A stretch of DNA of 64,000 nucleotides from an uncultured Victivallales bacterium (GTDB lineage: Bacteria > Verrucomicrobiota > Lentisphaeria > Victivallales > GWF2-45-14), in the NCBI GenBank assembly GCA_964651145.1, contig CAZYVR010000001.1, positions 6,839 to 70,838 of the forward strand, read 5' to 3'. The notes below the pieces were generated by a model. The model searched no databases. It had not been told where the DNA came from and worked only from the letters and a program-made list of their open reading frames with translations. The position numbers and the translations under genes were made by a program. Below are positions 44,957 to 54,765 of this stretch, piece by piece. Positions within the stretch are counted from its first letter, which is position 1, and every line of letters begins with the position of its first letter.

Positions 44957-47434
44957 ATGCGTGAGCAGGGGAAACCGGAAACTTTACTTCATTCTCTCAA
45001 CAATAAAATATTATATTTATCCCTAAACAACGCCCAAATACCCTCAAAAGAAATTGATGAGATCAAGAATCTGCTTGATGAGCTTCAGGATAACTTCAGA
45101 AACAGCCCATCAGATAATACAGTAGCATTGCTTGAAAGAGAGCTAGGAAAATGCAAACGCGCTTTGAACATGTCTCAAAAGTTGACCAATATAGGGAATT
45201 GGGAAACAGACATTCAGACCGGAAAGCTTGTATGGTCCGATGAAATGTACCGCATTTTTGGCTATGAACCAGGCGAAATAAAAGACATAGATTTTGATTT
45301 TTTCCTTTCGCATATTCATCCCGAAGACAAAGAAATGGTAGCTCGCAAAAGAGAAGAAAGCAAAAAAACCAACAGTTTCAAAGCAGAATTTAGAATAATA
45401 TCCAAAGATGGCTCAGAGAAAATAATATCAGCGATGGGAGAATGCGCTTCAAGCTTAGACGGGAAGGCTCTTAAGCTGTTTGGAACCAATCAGGACATCA
45501 CAAAATATAAAAAGACAGAAGACCGCTTAAAGTTTATTCTGGACGCAACCAGCGACGGCATATGGGAGCTGGATCTAAAAACCAACATGATGCGCGTAGA
45601 AGGCAAGCTGTACCTGGATCTCGGCTTCCAGAATGGAGAAACAATTCCTATGAAACATCTCAGGGATTTAGTTTATCCTGAAGATCTTTTGCGCCTTGAC
45701 AACCAATTGGCAGCTTGCTCCGACAATAAAAGCTACACCTTTGACTCCGTTTGCCGCATCCGCAAAACAAATGGGGAATATTTCTGGTATCTTGTGAGGG
45801 GCAGCCTTATCAAAGATGCTTCAGGCAAGGCCGTTAAGGCGCTTGGAAGCATTGAGGATCTTGCAATTCACAAAAGAATGGACCAGCTTAAAGAGAGAAT
45901 AGAGTTCCAGCAAAAAGTTCTCGATGCAATTCCAGTGCCTGTTTTTTATAAAGGCAAAGATGGAAAGTATTTGGGGTTCAACAATACTATGGCTGATTTA
46001 TTGGACTTGACCAGCGATATAATTGGCAAAAGTTTTTCCCAAAGAGCTCATGAAAACAAGAGGCCAAATTTGGAAAAGTTAATTTTAAAAAGCGACAAAG
46101 AACTTATTGAAGGAGGAGGTCAGACACGGTTTGAGATCAATGACATTTCCATTGACGGCAACAAATATGACTTTATTGTCTACAAAGCCGCGCTTCCTGA
46201 CAGCAAAGGGCAGACAGAATATATTGTTGGCGCGGCAATAGACATCAGCAAGATCAAAAAGGCACAAAAAGAGCTTGAAACCGCCGAAGAAAAACTCAAC
46301 ACCATCCTCAATTCCATGAAAGAAGTCATCTTGCGCTATGATAAAGACTGGCGAGCAATGTGGGCCAATCGCGAAGCCCATGAAGTCCTTAATAAAAATG
46401 AGGGCGAGATAATAGGGAAATATTGCCATGAACTTTGGTTTAAAACTGACAAACACTGCGAAAATTGCCCTATGGAAAATGCGAATAAAAAGGGAGAAAA
46501 GCAAGAGAAAGTCATAACACTCCCAGACGGGCGCATATATGACATGACATGTTATCCAGTGATTGAAAAAGATGGCAAAATAGGCGGCGTTGTGAAGGTG
46601 GCCTTGGATGTGACTGAAAGCGTGAAAAACCGGGAAAAAGCCGAAATTCAAAAAGAACAGCTGCTGCAGGCTGATAAAATGAAATCTTTGGGAACTCTTG
46701 TGTCCGGCGTTGCGCATGAAATAAACAATCCCAATAATTATATAATGATGAACATTTCTGTCTTAAAAGAAGTTTTTCGCGACCTGATAAACTTCAAAAA
46801 TGAAAATTCTGAAACATTCAAGGACACAATGCTTGGCGGTTTTGAGTCTGATGAATTTGACGGATGCCTTTCCGATCTTGTGTCCGGAATAGAGGAAGGG
46901 GCTATGCGGATACGCGGAATAGTTGACAGCCTAAAAGAATATTCCAGGCGCACGCCGGTTGACTTGTCAGCTTCATTTGAGATAAACTATGCATTGAAAA
47001 AATCATTGCAGCTTCTTGGCAACCTTATAAAAACTTCGACAAGTTCCTTGACTGTAAGCTATGCGGAGAACATTCCCAAAGTCCAGGGAGACATGCATAA
47101 GATTGAACAGGTAATAGTGAATGTATTGCAAAATGCTTGTGATGCCCTGGAGGACAAAAGCAAAGGAATTGCTGTCAGAACTTATTTTGACGCTGAAAAG
47201 AAAATGGCTGCCCTGGAGGTAAAAGACGAAGGAAAAGGAATACCCCCGGAGAATATAGAACACGTGACAGATCCTTTTTTCACAACCAAAAAGAAACAGG
47301 GCGGAACTGGGCTGGGACTCTCAGTTTCTTCCAATATAATGGATGAGCATCGCGCAAAACTGGAAATTGATTCTTTGTCTGACAAGGGGTCAACTGTGAG
47401 AATGCTTATCCCGATAGCGGAACGGAAACTTTGA
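44957..47434 (+). CDS. multi-PAS sensor histidine kinase (cytoplasmic)
   Basis: Several PAS-like segments (e.g. IGNWETDIQTGKLVWSDEMYRIFGY, ATSDGIWELDL). H-box GVAHEINNPNNYI. ATPase boxes VLQNACDAL, DEGKGIPPENIEHVTDPFFTTK and GGTGLGLSVS. No TM segments. Confidence 0.9.
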   Translation: MREQGKPETLLHSLNNKILYLSLNNAQIPSKEIDEIKNLLDELQDNFRNSPSDNTVALLERELGKCKRALNMSQKLTNIGNWETDIQTGKLVWSDEMYRIFGYEPGEIKDIDFDFFLSHIHPEDKEMVARKREESKKTNSFKAEFRIISKDGSEKIISAMGECASSLDGKALKLFGTNQDITKYKKTEDRLKFILDATSDGIWELDLKTNMMRVEGKLYLDLGFQNGETIPMKHLRDLVYPEDLLRLDNQLAACSDNKSYTFDSVCRIRKTNGEYFWYLVRGSLIKDASGKAVKALGSIEDLAIHKRMDQLKERIEFQQKVLDAIPVPVFYKGKDGKYLGFNNTMADLLDLTSDIIGKSFSQRAHENKRPNLEKLILKSDKELIEGGGQTRFEINDISIDGNKYDFIVYKAALPDSKGQTEYIVGAAIDISKIKKAQKELETAEEKLNTILNSMKEVILRYDKDWRAMWANREAHEVLNKNEGEIIGKYCHELWFKTDKHCENCPMENANKKGEKQEKVITLPDGRIYDMTCYPVIEKDGKIGGVVKVALDVTESVKNREKAEIQKEQLLQADKMKSLGTLVSGVAHEINNPNNYIMMNISVLKEVFRDLINFKNENSETFKDTMLGGFESDEFDGCLSDLVSGIEEGAMRIRGIVDSLKEYSRRTPVDLSASFEINYALKKSLQLLGNLIKTSTSSLTVSYAENIPKVQGDMHKIEQVIVNVLQNACDALEDKSKGIAVRTYFDAEKKMAALEVKDEGKGIPPENIEHVTDPFFTTKKKQGGTGLGLSVSSNIMDEHRAKLEIDSLSDKGSTVRMLIPIAERKL

Positions 47435-47490
47435 GAGTCGTTTATAATTTGAAAAGCAAATGATATTTTTATTTGAACTGAGGTCAAAAC

Positions 47491-48912
47491 ATGAAGAAAG
47501 ACCTGTATCCTGTCAATCCGATATTGATCGTTGACGATGAAGATCATGCTTTAAACAGCTATAAGTATGCTTTTCTTTCCGCTGGAATAAACAACGTGCT
47601 ATGTTGCTCTGACAGCAGAAAAGTTATAGATATAATGAATGGCGGCAATATAGAACTGGCATTGCTTGATTTGCTGATGCCGCATGTTTCAGGCGAAAAG
47701 CTATTGCGCGAAATAGTCGAAAAATACCCTGGCGTCCCCGTAATAATGGTGACGGGCGTAAGCAAAATAGACTCGGCTGTTGAATGCATGAGGAGCGGAG
47801 CGTTCGATTATATTCTAAAGCCTGTTATTCCAAAAGCTCTCTTGAGCAGAGTAAAGCGATGCCTGGAGATGAAAGAGCTTCAAACAGAAAATGTAATGCT
47901 TAAAAATAGGATACTGTCCGAAGATCTTAATCAGCCGGAGGCTTTCTCAGACATAGTTACACGCAATAAGCATATGATCAAAATTTTTCAGTATTGCGAA
48001 GCTGTAGCGGCCAGCAGGCAGCCTGTCCTGATAACAGGCGAAACCGGTGTTGGCAAAGAGCTTTTCGCCAATGTCATCCATAAACTGAGCACGCGCTCCG
48101 GCGCGTTTGTTCCGGTGAACATTGCCGGTTTTGACGACAATCTGCTTTCAGACACTTTGTTTGGACACAGGAAGGGCGCGTTTACAGGAGCTGTTGACAA
48201 TCGCACAGGAGTAATTGAAAAAGCATATGGCGGCACACTTTTTCTTGATGAAATAGGCGACTTGAGCTTGCCATCGCAGGTAAAGCTTCTTCGCCTGCTT
48301 CAGGAAAACGAATATTCACCGCTCGGCTCCGACATTCCCAAAATTTCTGACGCAAGGGTGGTCTTGGCAACCAATAAAAATTTGGCGGACCTGCAAATGA
48401 ATTCTGACTTCAGAAAAGACCTCTACTATAGGATTTCAACCCATCATGTCCATATTCCACCTCTCAGGGAAAGAAAAGATGACATTAAGCCGCTGATCGA
48501 TCATTTTATTGATATAGCGGCGAAGGAGCTCAACAAAAAAAGACCGCAGTATCACCCTGAATTGATTACCCGCTTGAAGTTGTATCATTTTCCTGGAAAT
48601 ATAAGGGAGCTTCAGGGGATGGTCTATGACGCAATCAGCAATCACGACTCAAAAATGTTGTCGATGGATATATTTAAAAAACACATAGAAATGAATATTG
48701 ACATGAACAGCCGTCTTCATGCCAATAATAATTCCAATTCATCGTCAGATCTTTTTGATGAGACGCAGGATTTGCCTTTGCTGAAAGCAGCCACCAATGC
48801 TCTGGTAAAAGAAGCCATGAAAAGAGGCTGCGGCAACCAAAGCGTGGCGGCTAAACTCATAGGAATTTCTCCTCAAGCCATCAGCGCAAGATTGAAAAAA
48901 ATGAAACTATAA
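47491..48912 (+). CDS. sigma54-dependent response regulator (NtrC family)
   Basis: REC domain (ILIVDDEDH...LALLDLLMPHVSG...MVTG...K). AAA+ motifs GETGVGKELFANVIH, GAFTGA and GTLFLDEIGDLSLPSQVKLLRLLQE. C-terminal HTH GNQSVAAKLIGISPQAISARLKK. Confidence 0.9.
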   Translation: MKKDLYPVNPILIVDDEDHALNSYKYAFLSAGINNVLCCSDSRKVIDIMNGGNIELALLDLLMPHVSGEKLLREIVEKYPGVPVIMVTGVSKIDSAVECMRSGAFDYILKPVIPKALLSRVKRCLEMKELQTENVMLKNRILSEDLNQPEAFSDIVTRNKHMIKIFQYCEAVAASRQPVLITGETGVGKELFANVIHKLSTRSGAFVPVNIAGFDDNLLSDTLFGHRKGAFTGAVDNRTGVIEKAYGGTLFLDEIGDLSLPSQVKLLRLLQENEYSPLGSDIPKISDARVVLATNKNLADLQMNSDFRKDLYYRISTHHVHIPPLRERKDDIKPLIDHFIDIAAKELNKKRPQYHPELITRLKLYHFPGNIRELQGMVYDAISNHDSKMLSMDIFKKHIEMNIDMNSRLHANNNSNSSSDLFDETQDLPLLKAATNALVKEAMKRGCGNQSVAAKLIGISPQAISARLKKMKL

Positions 48913-48930
48913 ATCATTGCGGCCCAAAAA

Positions 48931-50337
48931 TTAATCCTTCTCCACAAACTCCTTGTGGAGAGCTATTTGAGCTTTCTCAAAATGATTCCTTGTCACGACA
49001 AACTGCATGTTGACCTGCCTCATACACTGGTCAAGAGCAAGGATGTTTATTCCCGCCGCCGCCAAAGCGCTTGCGGCTCTGGATAAAAATCCCGGGATTT
49101 TCATATTGCTGCCGATTACAGTCACTATTGCCACATCGATTGTTGAAAGCTGAGCGTTAGGCAGTGACTGGCTCATCCATTTAAGGCATTCCTTGAGATT
49201 TTTTGCTTTTTTGGGAATAAAGTGAGTTATAGTGTTGGCGTTGGTGTTTTTCGCGATATAGCTGATATTAGCTTTGCGCAGGCTTGCAAGCACCTTGTAG
49301 TCGTAGCCGCTTTCGCCAACCATTTCAGGGTCGTACACTTCTATGGCCACAATGTCATCGCGGCCACAAATCATTTCCACGCGAGGCTTAGGAGAAACGT
49401 AATCGCAACTTATCAGCGTGCCTGGATGATCCGGATCAAAAGCATTCTTTACTCTTATGGGAATGTTTTTCAACTCCATTTCTTTTGACGCCTTGGAATG
49501 AATTGCTTCCATATCCATGTCAGACAACTGGTCAGCTATGTCAAAATTGGTGTTGCCGATTATTTTCACTTTATCCATGCCAATAAGAACAGGATCGCCT
49601 GTGCTCAGGTGGTATTCTTTGTGAATGATCCCCTCTCGGGCATCGGTGAGGACGGCTATTTTGCTGAAAGTTATTTCGCTGTAGCCTCGGTCAAAGCGGG
49701 TCATTATGCCCTCGTCATACTTCACATAGCCTGTAGCTATTAACAATTCCTTATCAAACTTGGAGCCTTTGAAGCAGCGCAATATCATTTGATCAAGGGA
49801 ATAGGATTCTGTTTCTTTCCAGCCGGTCAGATCCATGAACTTTGCGTTGACTCCGTTGCTTTGCAGAATAAGCGCGGAGTTGAAAGCGCTGTGGGCTTCT
49901 CCGGCGGCGCTTAGAAACTCGCGGCTTGCGGGCAGATAATCTGTGGGCTTCAAATGCCCGTAGGAGCGCAGGCGCATAATGTCTTCCAGGCAATCCTTCA
50001 AGCCGTTTATGCGTTCATTGACAAAAGCATCGGCTTTTGACTGATCCAGCCCTATGGGCTCAAAAGAGCGATTGCATTCGAACATTTTATTTTTAACAGT
50101 TTCCAGAGCATCCTGCCATTTTTCATCGCCAGCGGCAAATCTTCCGTAGACTCCGGGCTCCCCTGTTTTTTTGTCCTCAAGAAGCAAATTTGTTATGCCG
50201 CCGTAAGCGGAAACCACAAAGATGCGGTTATAGAGTTCATTCCCGCTGCGTTTGCCGATGATGACGTTTTCCATCACTTTGTTAAATTGGCTCATGGAGG
50301 AGCCGCCTATTTTCTCTACTGTATGCATTCCTGGCAT
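48931..50337 (-). CDS. aspartate kinase (monofunctional, C-terminal ACT domains)
   Basis: The ATG at 50337 gives MPGMHTVEKIGGSSMSQF...FVVSAYGGITNLL. C-terminal ACT-like VAIVTVIGSNMKIPGFLSRAASALAAAGINILAL. The start lies 1 nt after the hom stop. Confidence 0.8.
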   Translation of the reverse strand: MPGMHTVEKIGGSSMSQFNKVMENVIIGKRSGNELYNRIFVVSAYGGITNLLLEDKKTGEPGVYGRFAAGDEKWQDALETVKNKMFECNRSFEPIGLDQSKADAFVNERINGLKDCLEDIMRLRSYGHLKPTDYLPASREFLSAAGEAHSAFNSALILQSNGVNAKFMDLTGWKETESYSLDQMILRCFKGSKFDKELLIATGYVKYDEGIMTRFDRGYSEITFSKIAVLTDAREGIIHKEYHLSTGDPVLIGMDKVKIIGNTNFDIADQLSDMDMEAIHSKASKEMELKNIPIRVKNAFDPDHPGTLISCDYVSPKPRVEMICGRDDIVAIEVYDPEMVGESGYDYKVLASLRKANISYIAKNTNANTITHFIPKKAKNLKECLKWMSQSLPNAQLSTIDVAIVTVIGSNMKIPGFLSRAASALAAAGINILALDQCMRQVNMQFVVTRNHFEKAQIALHKEFVEKD

Positions 50338-50338
50338 A

Positions 50339-51628
50339 TTACATATCCTCAATTCTAAATATTTTTGCCTTGTTGCGCACTTCCGCCATTTCCTCAATTT
50401 TTTTGACAGCCATATTGACTGATGATTCGAGCGCGTTGTGTGTAAGTATCAGCAATGATACATTTTCTTTTGATTGGCCTTCGCGCTGGATAAAGCACGA
50501 AATGTTGATCTGGTTTTTTCCAAGGATGTCTGCCACTTTTGCAATGACGCCAGATTTGTCCTTCACCTGAAAACGCAGATAATAGCGTGACTCTATGCTT
50601 TCCATCGGCGTGAGCTTTTTAAATTGTGGTCCGATCCGGAATGCCGGCACGCGCCTGTCAGAGCCAAATTTCAAATTCAAGCCGACATCCACAAGGTCTG
50701 CCACTACGGCGCTGGCGGTCGCGTCGCGTCCGGCGCCACGGCCGTAGAAAAGAGAGTCGCCCACTGTGTCGCCATTGACCATTATCCCGTTGAACACGCC
50801 GGATATGTCCGCAAGCAAGGTGTTTTTGGGAACAAGCGTGGGATGAACGCGTATCTGCACATCGCCTTCGACTTGCTTGATTATAGCGAGAAGCTTAATG
50901 CGATAGCCTAGCTCGTCGGCATATTTTAGGTCATCAAGAGAAATGTCGCGAATTCCCTCAACGTGAACAGGCTCCATGCCGAACCATTCCCCATATGCCA
51001 GAGAGGCGAGTATTGCGGCTTTGTGAGCGGTGTCGTAGCCGTCAATATCCAGTGAAGGCTCGGCCTCTGCATAGCCCAGTTTCTGAGCGTCATCCAAGAC
51101 AGGCTCGAAGTCCACATTTTCCCGTTCCATTCTGGTCAGGATGTAATTGCATGTGCCATTCATTATTCCGTAAATTTTATTGATCCGGTTGCCGACCAGT
51201 CCCTCGCGAAGGGCTTTGATTATAGGAATTCCTCCCGCCACGCTGGCTTCGTAATAAATATCGGCTTTGGATTTTTCAGCGGCGGCAAAAAGCTCTTCGC
51301 CTTTTTCCGCAAGCAGAGCCTTGTTTGCCGTAACCACAGGCTTGCCCTGCTCAAGAGCTTCAAGTATCAGGTCTTTTGCTATTGTGGTTCCGCCGATGAG
51401 CTCGACAACAACGTCAACTTCTTTAATAAGCTGATGCGCGTCGGTTGTAAGTATTTCCTTTGGGACATCCACTCCGCGATCGCTCTCTATATCTAAATCG
51501 GCAATTTTAGCAAGTATCAGCTTGATGCCGCTGCGCTTGGCTATCACATCGCCGTTTTTAAGCAGACAAGCAGCCACTCCCGAGCCAACTGTTCCAAAAC
51601 CTATTATCCCTATCTTCACTTCTTTCAT
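50339..51628 (-). CDS. hom: homoserine dehydrogenase
   Basis: KIGIIGFGTVGSGVAACL, VVTANKALLA, YEASVAGGIPII, NGTCNYILT, and the C-terminal ACT domain YYLRFQVKDKSGVIAKVADILGKNQINI. Confidence 0.9.
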   Translation of the reverse strand: MKEVKIGIIGFGTVGSGVAACLLKNGDVIAKRSGIKLILAKIADLDIESDRGVDVPKEILTTDAHQLIKEVDVVVELIGGTTIAKDLILEALEQGKPVVTANKALLAEKGEELFAAAEKSKADIYYEASVAGGIPIIKALREGLVGNRINKIYGIMNGTCNYILTRMERENVDFEPVLDDAQKLGYAEAEPSLDIDGYDTAHKAAILASLAYGEWFGMEPVHVEGIRDISLDDLKYADELGYRIKLLAIIKQVEGDVQIRVHPTLVPKNTLLADISGVFNGIMVNGDTVGDSLFYGRGAGRDATASAVVADLVDVGLNLKFGSDRRVPAFRIGPQFKKLTPMESIESRYYLRFQVKDKSGVIAKVADILGKNQINISCFIQREGQSKENVSLLILTHNALESSVNMAVKKIEEMAEVRNKAKIFRIEDM

Positions 51629-51780
51629 TTCAGTATCCTTAAAATATGTTCTTTATTTTTTGTAAACTAACCAATATAACTGCAATAATGCTTTTTAAAA
51701 CCAATGATATGACAGAGGACTGCAAAAAATAAAAAAATGAAAAAATAGGCGAAGGCGCAAAAAGCCTTAAAAAAGTTTAT

Positions 51781-52182
51781 TTACTTTCCGGGGAGTTTTT
51801 TTGGAAAAGTTCTTTTTGACCCACATTTGGGGCAAGAGCTTTCATTTATGCGATATTTGCTTATTTCTTTTTTTGTCATTTTGCCAAGAATCGGAGTTCT
51901 GAGAAGCGAGAATTCATATTCGCATTCAATGCATTTCCAATCATAGCCCAGCTGGGCTTTGCATTTTGGACATCTCGACCCTTCAATCTTCCCGACTTCC
52001 TGCATGCCTTTATAATGGCAATTGGGGCACAAAACATATCTTAAGCGCTTGAATTCCTGTTTCTTTTGGAACATCGTCAAAATGAGAATGAACACAAGAA
52101 GAATTGACAAAGCAATAAGCAAGAGGAGCTCCCTGCGTTTTTTGTCGCGCAAAACAAGGCTTATATAAGTTTTTAGTTCCAT
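51781..52182 (-). CDS. membrane-anchored double zinc-ribbon protein, unknown function
   Basis: The ATG at 52182 lies 6 nt after aaggaaggggg. One TM (LLLLIALSILLVFILILTMF), then CPNC...CPKC and CIEC...CPKC (two four-Cys ribbons). Confidence 0.6.
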   Translation of the reverse strand: MELKTYISLVLRDKKRRELLLLIALSILLVFILILTMFQKKQEFKRLRYVLCPNCHYKGMQEVGKIEGSRCPKCKAQLGYDWKCIECEYEFSLLRTPILGKMTKKEISKYRINESSCPKCGSKRTFPKKLPGK

Positions 52183-52249
52183 TACGAGCCCCCTTCCTTT
52201 TTTATATATTATAAAGTCAGGCACAATTCCACTTATGTCAATTGAATGT

Positions 52250-52278
52250 TTGCTTTTTTGGACAAATTATTGTATAAT
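52250..52278 (+). promoter_or_regulatory. candidate sigma70 promoter for the third pseudopilin-like gene
   Basis: TTGCTT (52250-52255), an exact 17-nt spacer, then TATAAT (52273-52278). It lies 15 nt upstream of ATG 52293. Confidence 0.5.
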
Positions 52279-52292
52279 TGTAAAAAAGGCAG

Positions 52293-52988
52293 ATGGAACA
52301 TATGAGCAAAATAAAGATGAAATTGCTGTTTTTCAAAAAATGTTTCACTTTTATCGAAATGCTTCTTGTTTTTGTGGTTGCCGGAGTGCTTCTCGCAATT
52401 TTGCTCCCAAGCCTCTTGAGGGCTCGCGAATATGCCCGCCAGTCGTATTGCATGAATAACATGCGACAGATAGCGCTGGGCTTCAAGTCTTACATGCATG
52501 ACTTCGACAACTATATGCCGCCTCAATTGTATTGGATGACAGATTTGTCGCCAGTGCATCCATATGCCGAAGACCTTGGATTGTATGTTTGTCCCAGCTC
52601 CGGGAAAGAAGCGCTTGCGTCAGCGGATGACTTATACCAGAGAGACGATGACGAGTTCGAGGAAAATAAAGACAAGGTTGATTATTATGTTGGCGGGAAA
52701 ATGCAAGACGTTGAGCTTTGCAACAGCATCCAGAATGCTGGTCATGGCAACAATGCCTACCATTTTGACATAAGCAACCCTAGCCCTTTGACAGCGGCGG
52801 TTGTTGCCTCCAAAAAAGATGACAGACTGCTTTATGATAAAAACCATGACAGCCATCTAGGCAGTTTCAATGTGATTTACATAAAAGACGCGCACTACGA
52901 GGTGGAACGAGGCGGCTTTACAAACTACTGGACTCTGGATGACAGGGGATGGGTAGAAACCAGTTTGGATCCGTACCCGGAATACTGA
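52293..52988 (+). CDS. prepilin-type N-terminal cleavage/methylation domain protein, divergent H-X9-DG-like
   Basis: CFTFIEMLLVFVVAGVLLAILLPSLLRAREYARQSYCMNNMRQI (class III signal plus a conserved Cys-containing helix). The C-terminal HLGSFNVIYIKDAH has H-X9-KD in place of H-X9-DG. Confidence 0.85.
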   Translation: MEHMSKIKMKLLFFKKCFTFIEMLLVFVVAGVLLAILLPSLLRAREYARQSYCMNNMRQIALGFKSYMHDFDNYMPPQLYWMTDLSPVHPYAEDLGLYVCPSSGKEALASADDLYQRDDDEFEENKDKVDYYVGGKMQDVELCNSIQNAGHGNNAYHFDISNPSPLTAAVVASKKDDRLLYDKNHDSHLGSFNVIYIKDAHYEVERGGFTNYWTLDDRGWVETSLDPYPEY

Positions 52989-53003
52989 CGAGAAAAATAT
53001 TAT

Positions 53004-53189
53004 TTATTCAGATAATTCTTTGTCTAAATCAAATTCATCTTCTTCGTAATCATCACTGTCATTGTCTTTTTGATCGCCGAAAAGACTTGACGCGGTAATA
53101 ATAGAACCACACTCAGGACAGCAACCGCTTTCAGCTTCAACAGAACTCTCAGAAATTTCGATCTCGCAATAAGGACAAATCATAGCCAT
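53004..53189 (-). CDS. small zinc-ribbon protein with acidic tail (61 aa)
   Basis: MAMICPYCEIEISE...CCPECGSII (CxxC...CxxC), followed by DQKDNDSDDYEEDEFDLDKELSE. Candidate minus-strand promoter TTGGCT-17-TATAGT at about 53234-53262. Confidence 0.5.
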   Translation of the reverse strand: MAMICPYCEIEISESSVEAESGCCPECGSIITASSLFGDQKDNDSDDYEEDEFDLDKELSE

Positions 53190-53267
53190 TATTTAAACTC
53201 CTCCGCATTAATTAAAATATTCGCGCCCAACTATATAACAACGTTGCAAAAAAGCCAACTCTTGGAT

Positions 53268-53347
53268 TAAAAAAAGTTGAATTTTCATGTTGACAGGCAA
53301 GGGATGGAAGAGTAAAAAGTCCTGAAAAAGAAAAGACACCGGCAAAG
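53268..53347 (+). repeat. composite repeat, copy F: A-run/TTGACAG module plus short-form MITE-like arm
   Basis: ttaaaaaaagttgaattttcatgttgacaggcaagg (53268-53302) matches 56342-56378. gatgg...aaaagtcctgaaaaagaaaagacaccggcaaag (53303-53347) matches copy E up to ccggcaaag and then diverges. Confidence 0.75.
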
Positions 53348-53359
53348 ATAGTATGAGAA

Positions 53360-53441
53360 GGTCAATCTCCTCGCATGTGATATAATATAATCATATCGCT
53401 TTGACATTAACGCACTTTAAGTGCAAAAAAGGAGATTGACC
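53360..53441 (+). promoter_or_regulatory. structured leader of the IS110-type transposase gene (SD-sequestering inverted repeat)
   Basis: ggtcaatctcct (53360-53371) is perfectly complementary to aggagattgacc (53430-53441), which covers the SD aaggag (53429-53434) directly before ATG 53442. An inner hairpin gcact-tta-agtgc lies at 53412-53424, and TATAAT at 53381-53386. Confidence 0.5.
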
Positions 53442-54255
53442 ATGAGTAAATGTAACACAGGAATGGTAATAGGCATGGACATGAGCGACAAAAACAGTGA
53501 GATTTGCGTTATTGACCAAGACTGCAAAGTTTTGGAAAGGAAAAAGGTGGCAAATACTTTTGATGGATTGGAATATTATTTTTCGGCTTTCAAGGAGCCT
53601 TCTTAAGGTTCTTATCGCAATGGAAGCAGGGACTCATTTGCCTTGGGTAAGCATCAAACTGTCCGAAATGTGCTTTAATGTTTTGGTTGGCAACAGCCGC
53701 AAGTTGCGGGCTATCTGGGCCTCTGAAAGAAAAAGCGACAGACGTGATGCTGAAATGCTTGCTAGAATAGCTCAATTTGACAAAAACTTATTCTATCCGA
53801 TTAAACATAGAAATACAGAAAGTCAGGCGATGCTTGCCGTTTTGAAAGCGCGAGATATCATGGTTGGAAGCAGAAAATTAATTTTGTCTATCCGTGGAAT
53901 GCTTAAAAGCATGGGAATTGCCATTTCTTCCTGTAGCGCCAGATCGTTTGCTAAAAAAGCTTTTGAAAAAATGCCTTCTGAATACCTTTTTGCCTTTAAG
54001 GACAATCTTCAAGCAGTAGCGTTTCTGAGCAAAAAAATAGATTTTTGTGATAAAAAAGTAGAAAGGCTTTGCACTAAAAAATATCCTGAAACAGAGTTGT
54101 TGAGGAACATAAAAGGAGTTGGGCCAATAACTGTATTAAGTTTTGTTTTAACAATTGAAGATCCTGATCGCTTCAATAAAAGTCGTGATATAGGCGCGTT
54201 TCTTGGTCTAGCTCCCAAGCGCGATCAATCGGGCAAAACAGACAAAAAGTTGGGA
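53442..54255 (+). pseudogene. IS110-family transposase, frameshifted and 3'-truncated (IS remnant)
   Basis: N-terminus MSKCNTGMVIGMDMSDKNSEICVID (DEDD-type start). Frame 1 stops at 53604-53606, and similarity continues in another frame (VLIAMEAGTHLPW...KSDRRDAEMLARI...LLRNIKGVGPITVLSFVLTIEDPDRFNKSRDIGAFLGLAPKRDQSGKTDKKLG). The expected C-terminal ~100 aa are missing after about 54255. Confidence 0.8.
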
Positions 54256-54394
54256 TTTCCGCATTTACGACCGGTGCGAATAAATGAACCGGACATGAAA
54301 ATCCTGCTTTCATCCAGTTTTTTTATTCTTGCGTTAATGCGTTTTTTTTAGCATTTCTGTTGAAATTTTGTCCTTCACTCTCAATTCCTCTCAG

Positions 54395-54425
54395 ATAATG
54401 TCAAACAAAAATCTATCGCGAAGAA
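54395..54425 (+). repeat. 31-bp direct repeat, copy 1
   Basis: ataatgtcaaacaaaaatctatcgcgaagaa is 29/31 identical to 56291-56321. The minus strand reads ...tttgTTTGACAttat (contains TTGACA). Confidence 0.85.
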
Positions 54426-54765
54426 ATTTTCTTTTAAAAAAAATGAAAGCATGACTAAATTAATTTGAGATGCTGCCGACTTAATAAATATAGAGTCATG
54501 CAGGGAAGCAGGACGCTGAAAGAACCCGTTTTTTTATTATGTTTATTCGCATTTTTGAATGCGAAACAGAGCAAAACCCTTTACAGAAAGGAGTCTGTAA
54601 TGAGACAAAATATTGTGATTTTTATTTTTGAAAGCCATTAAATAGTTCCGTCAAACAAGTGTCACAAGCAAATCAATTTCCCGTCATCCGTCAATATAAG
54701 CCATGTATTTCGAGTTTGGATGCGTGATAAGTTCCATTTCATTTACTCAGGGAGGAGTTTGAAGG

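Noticed and set aside
46085-46717. 210-aa minus-strand ORF
   Set aside because: It is antisense inside the PAS histidine kinase gene. Its Phe/Ile-rich translation reflects the complement of a Lys/Glu-rich coding strand.
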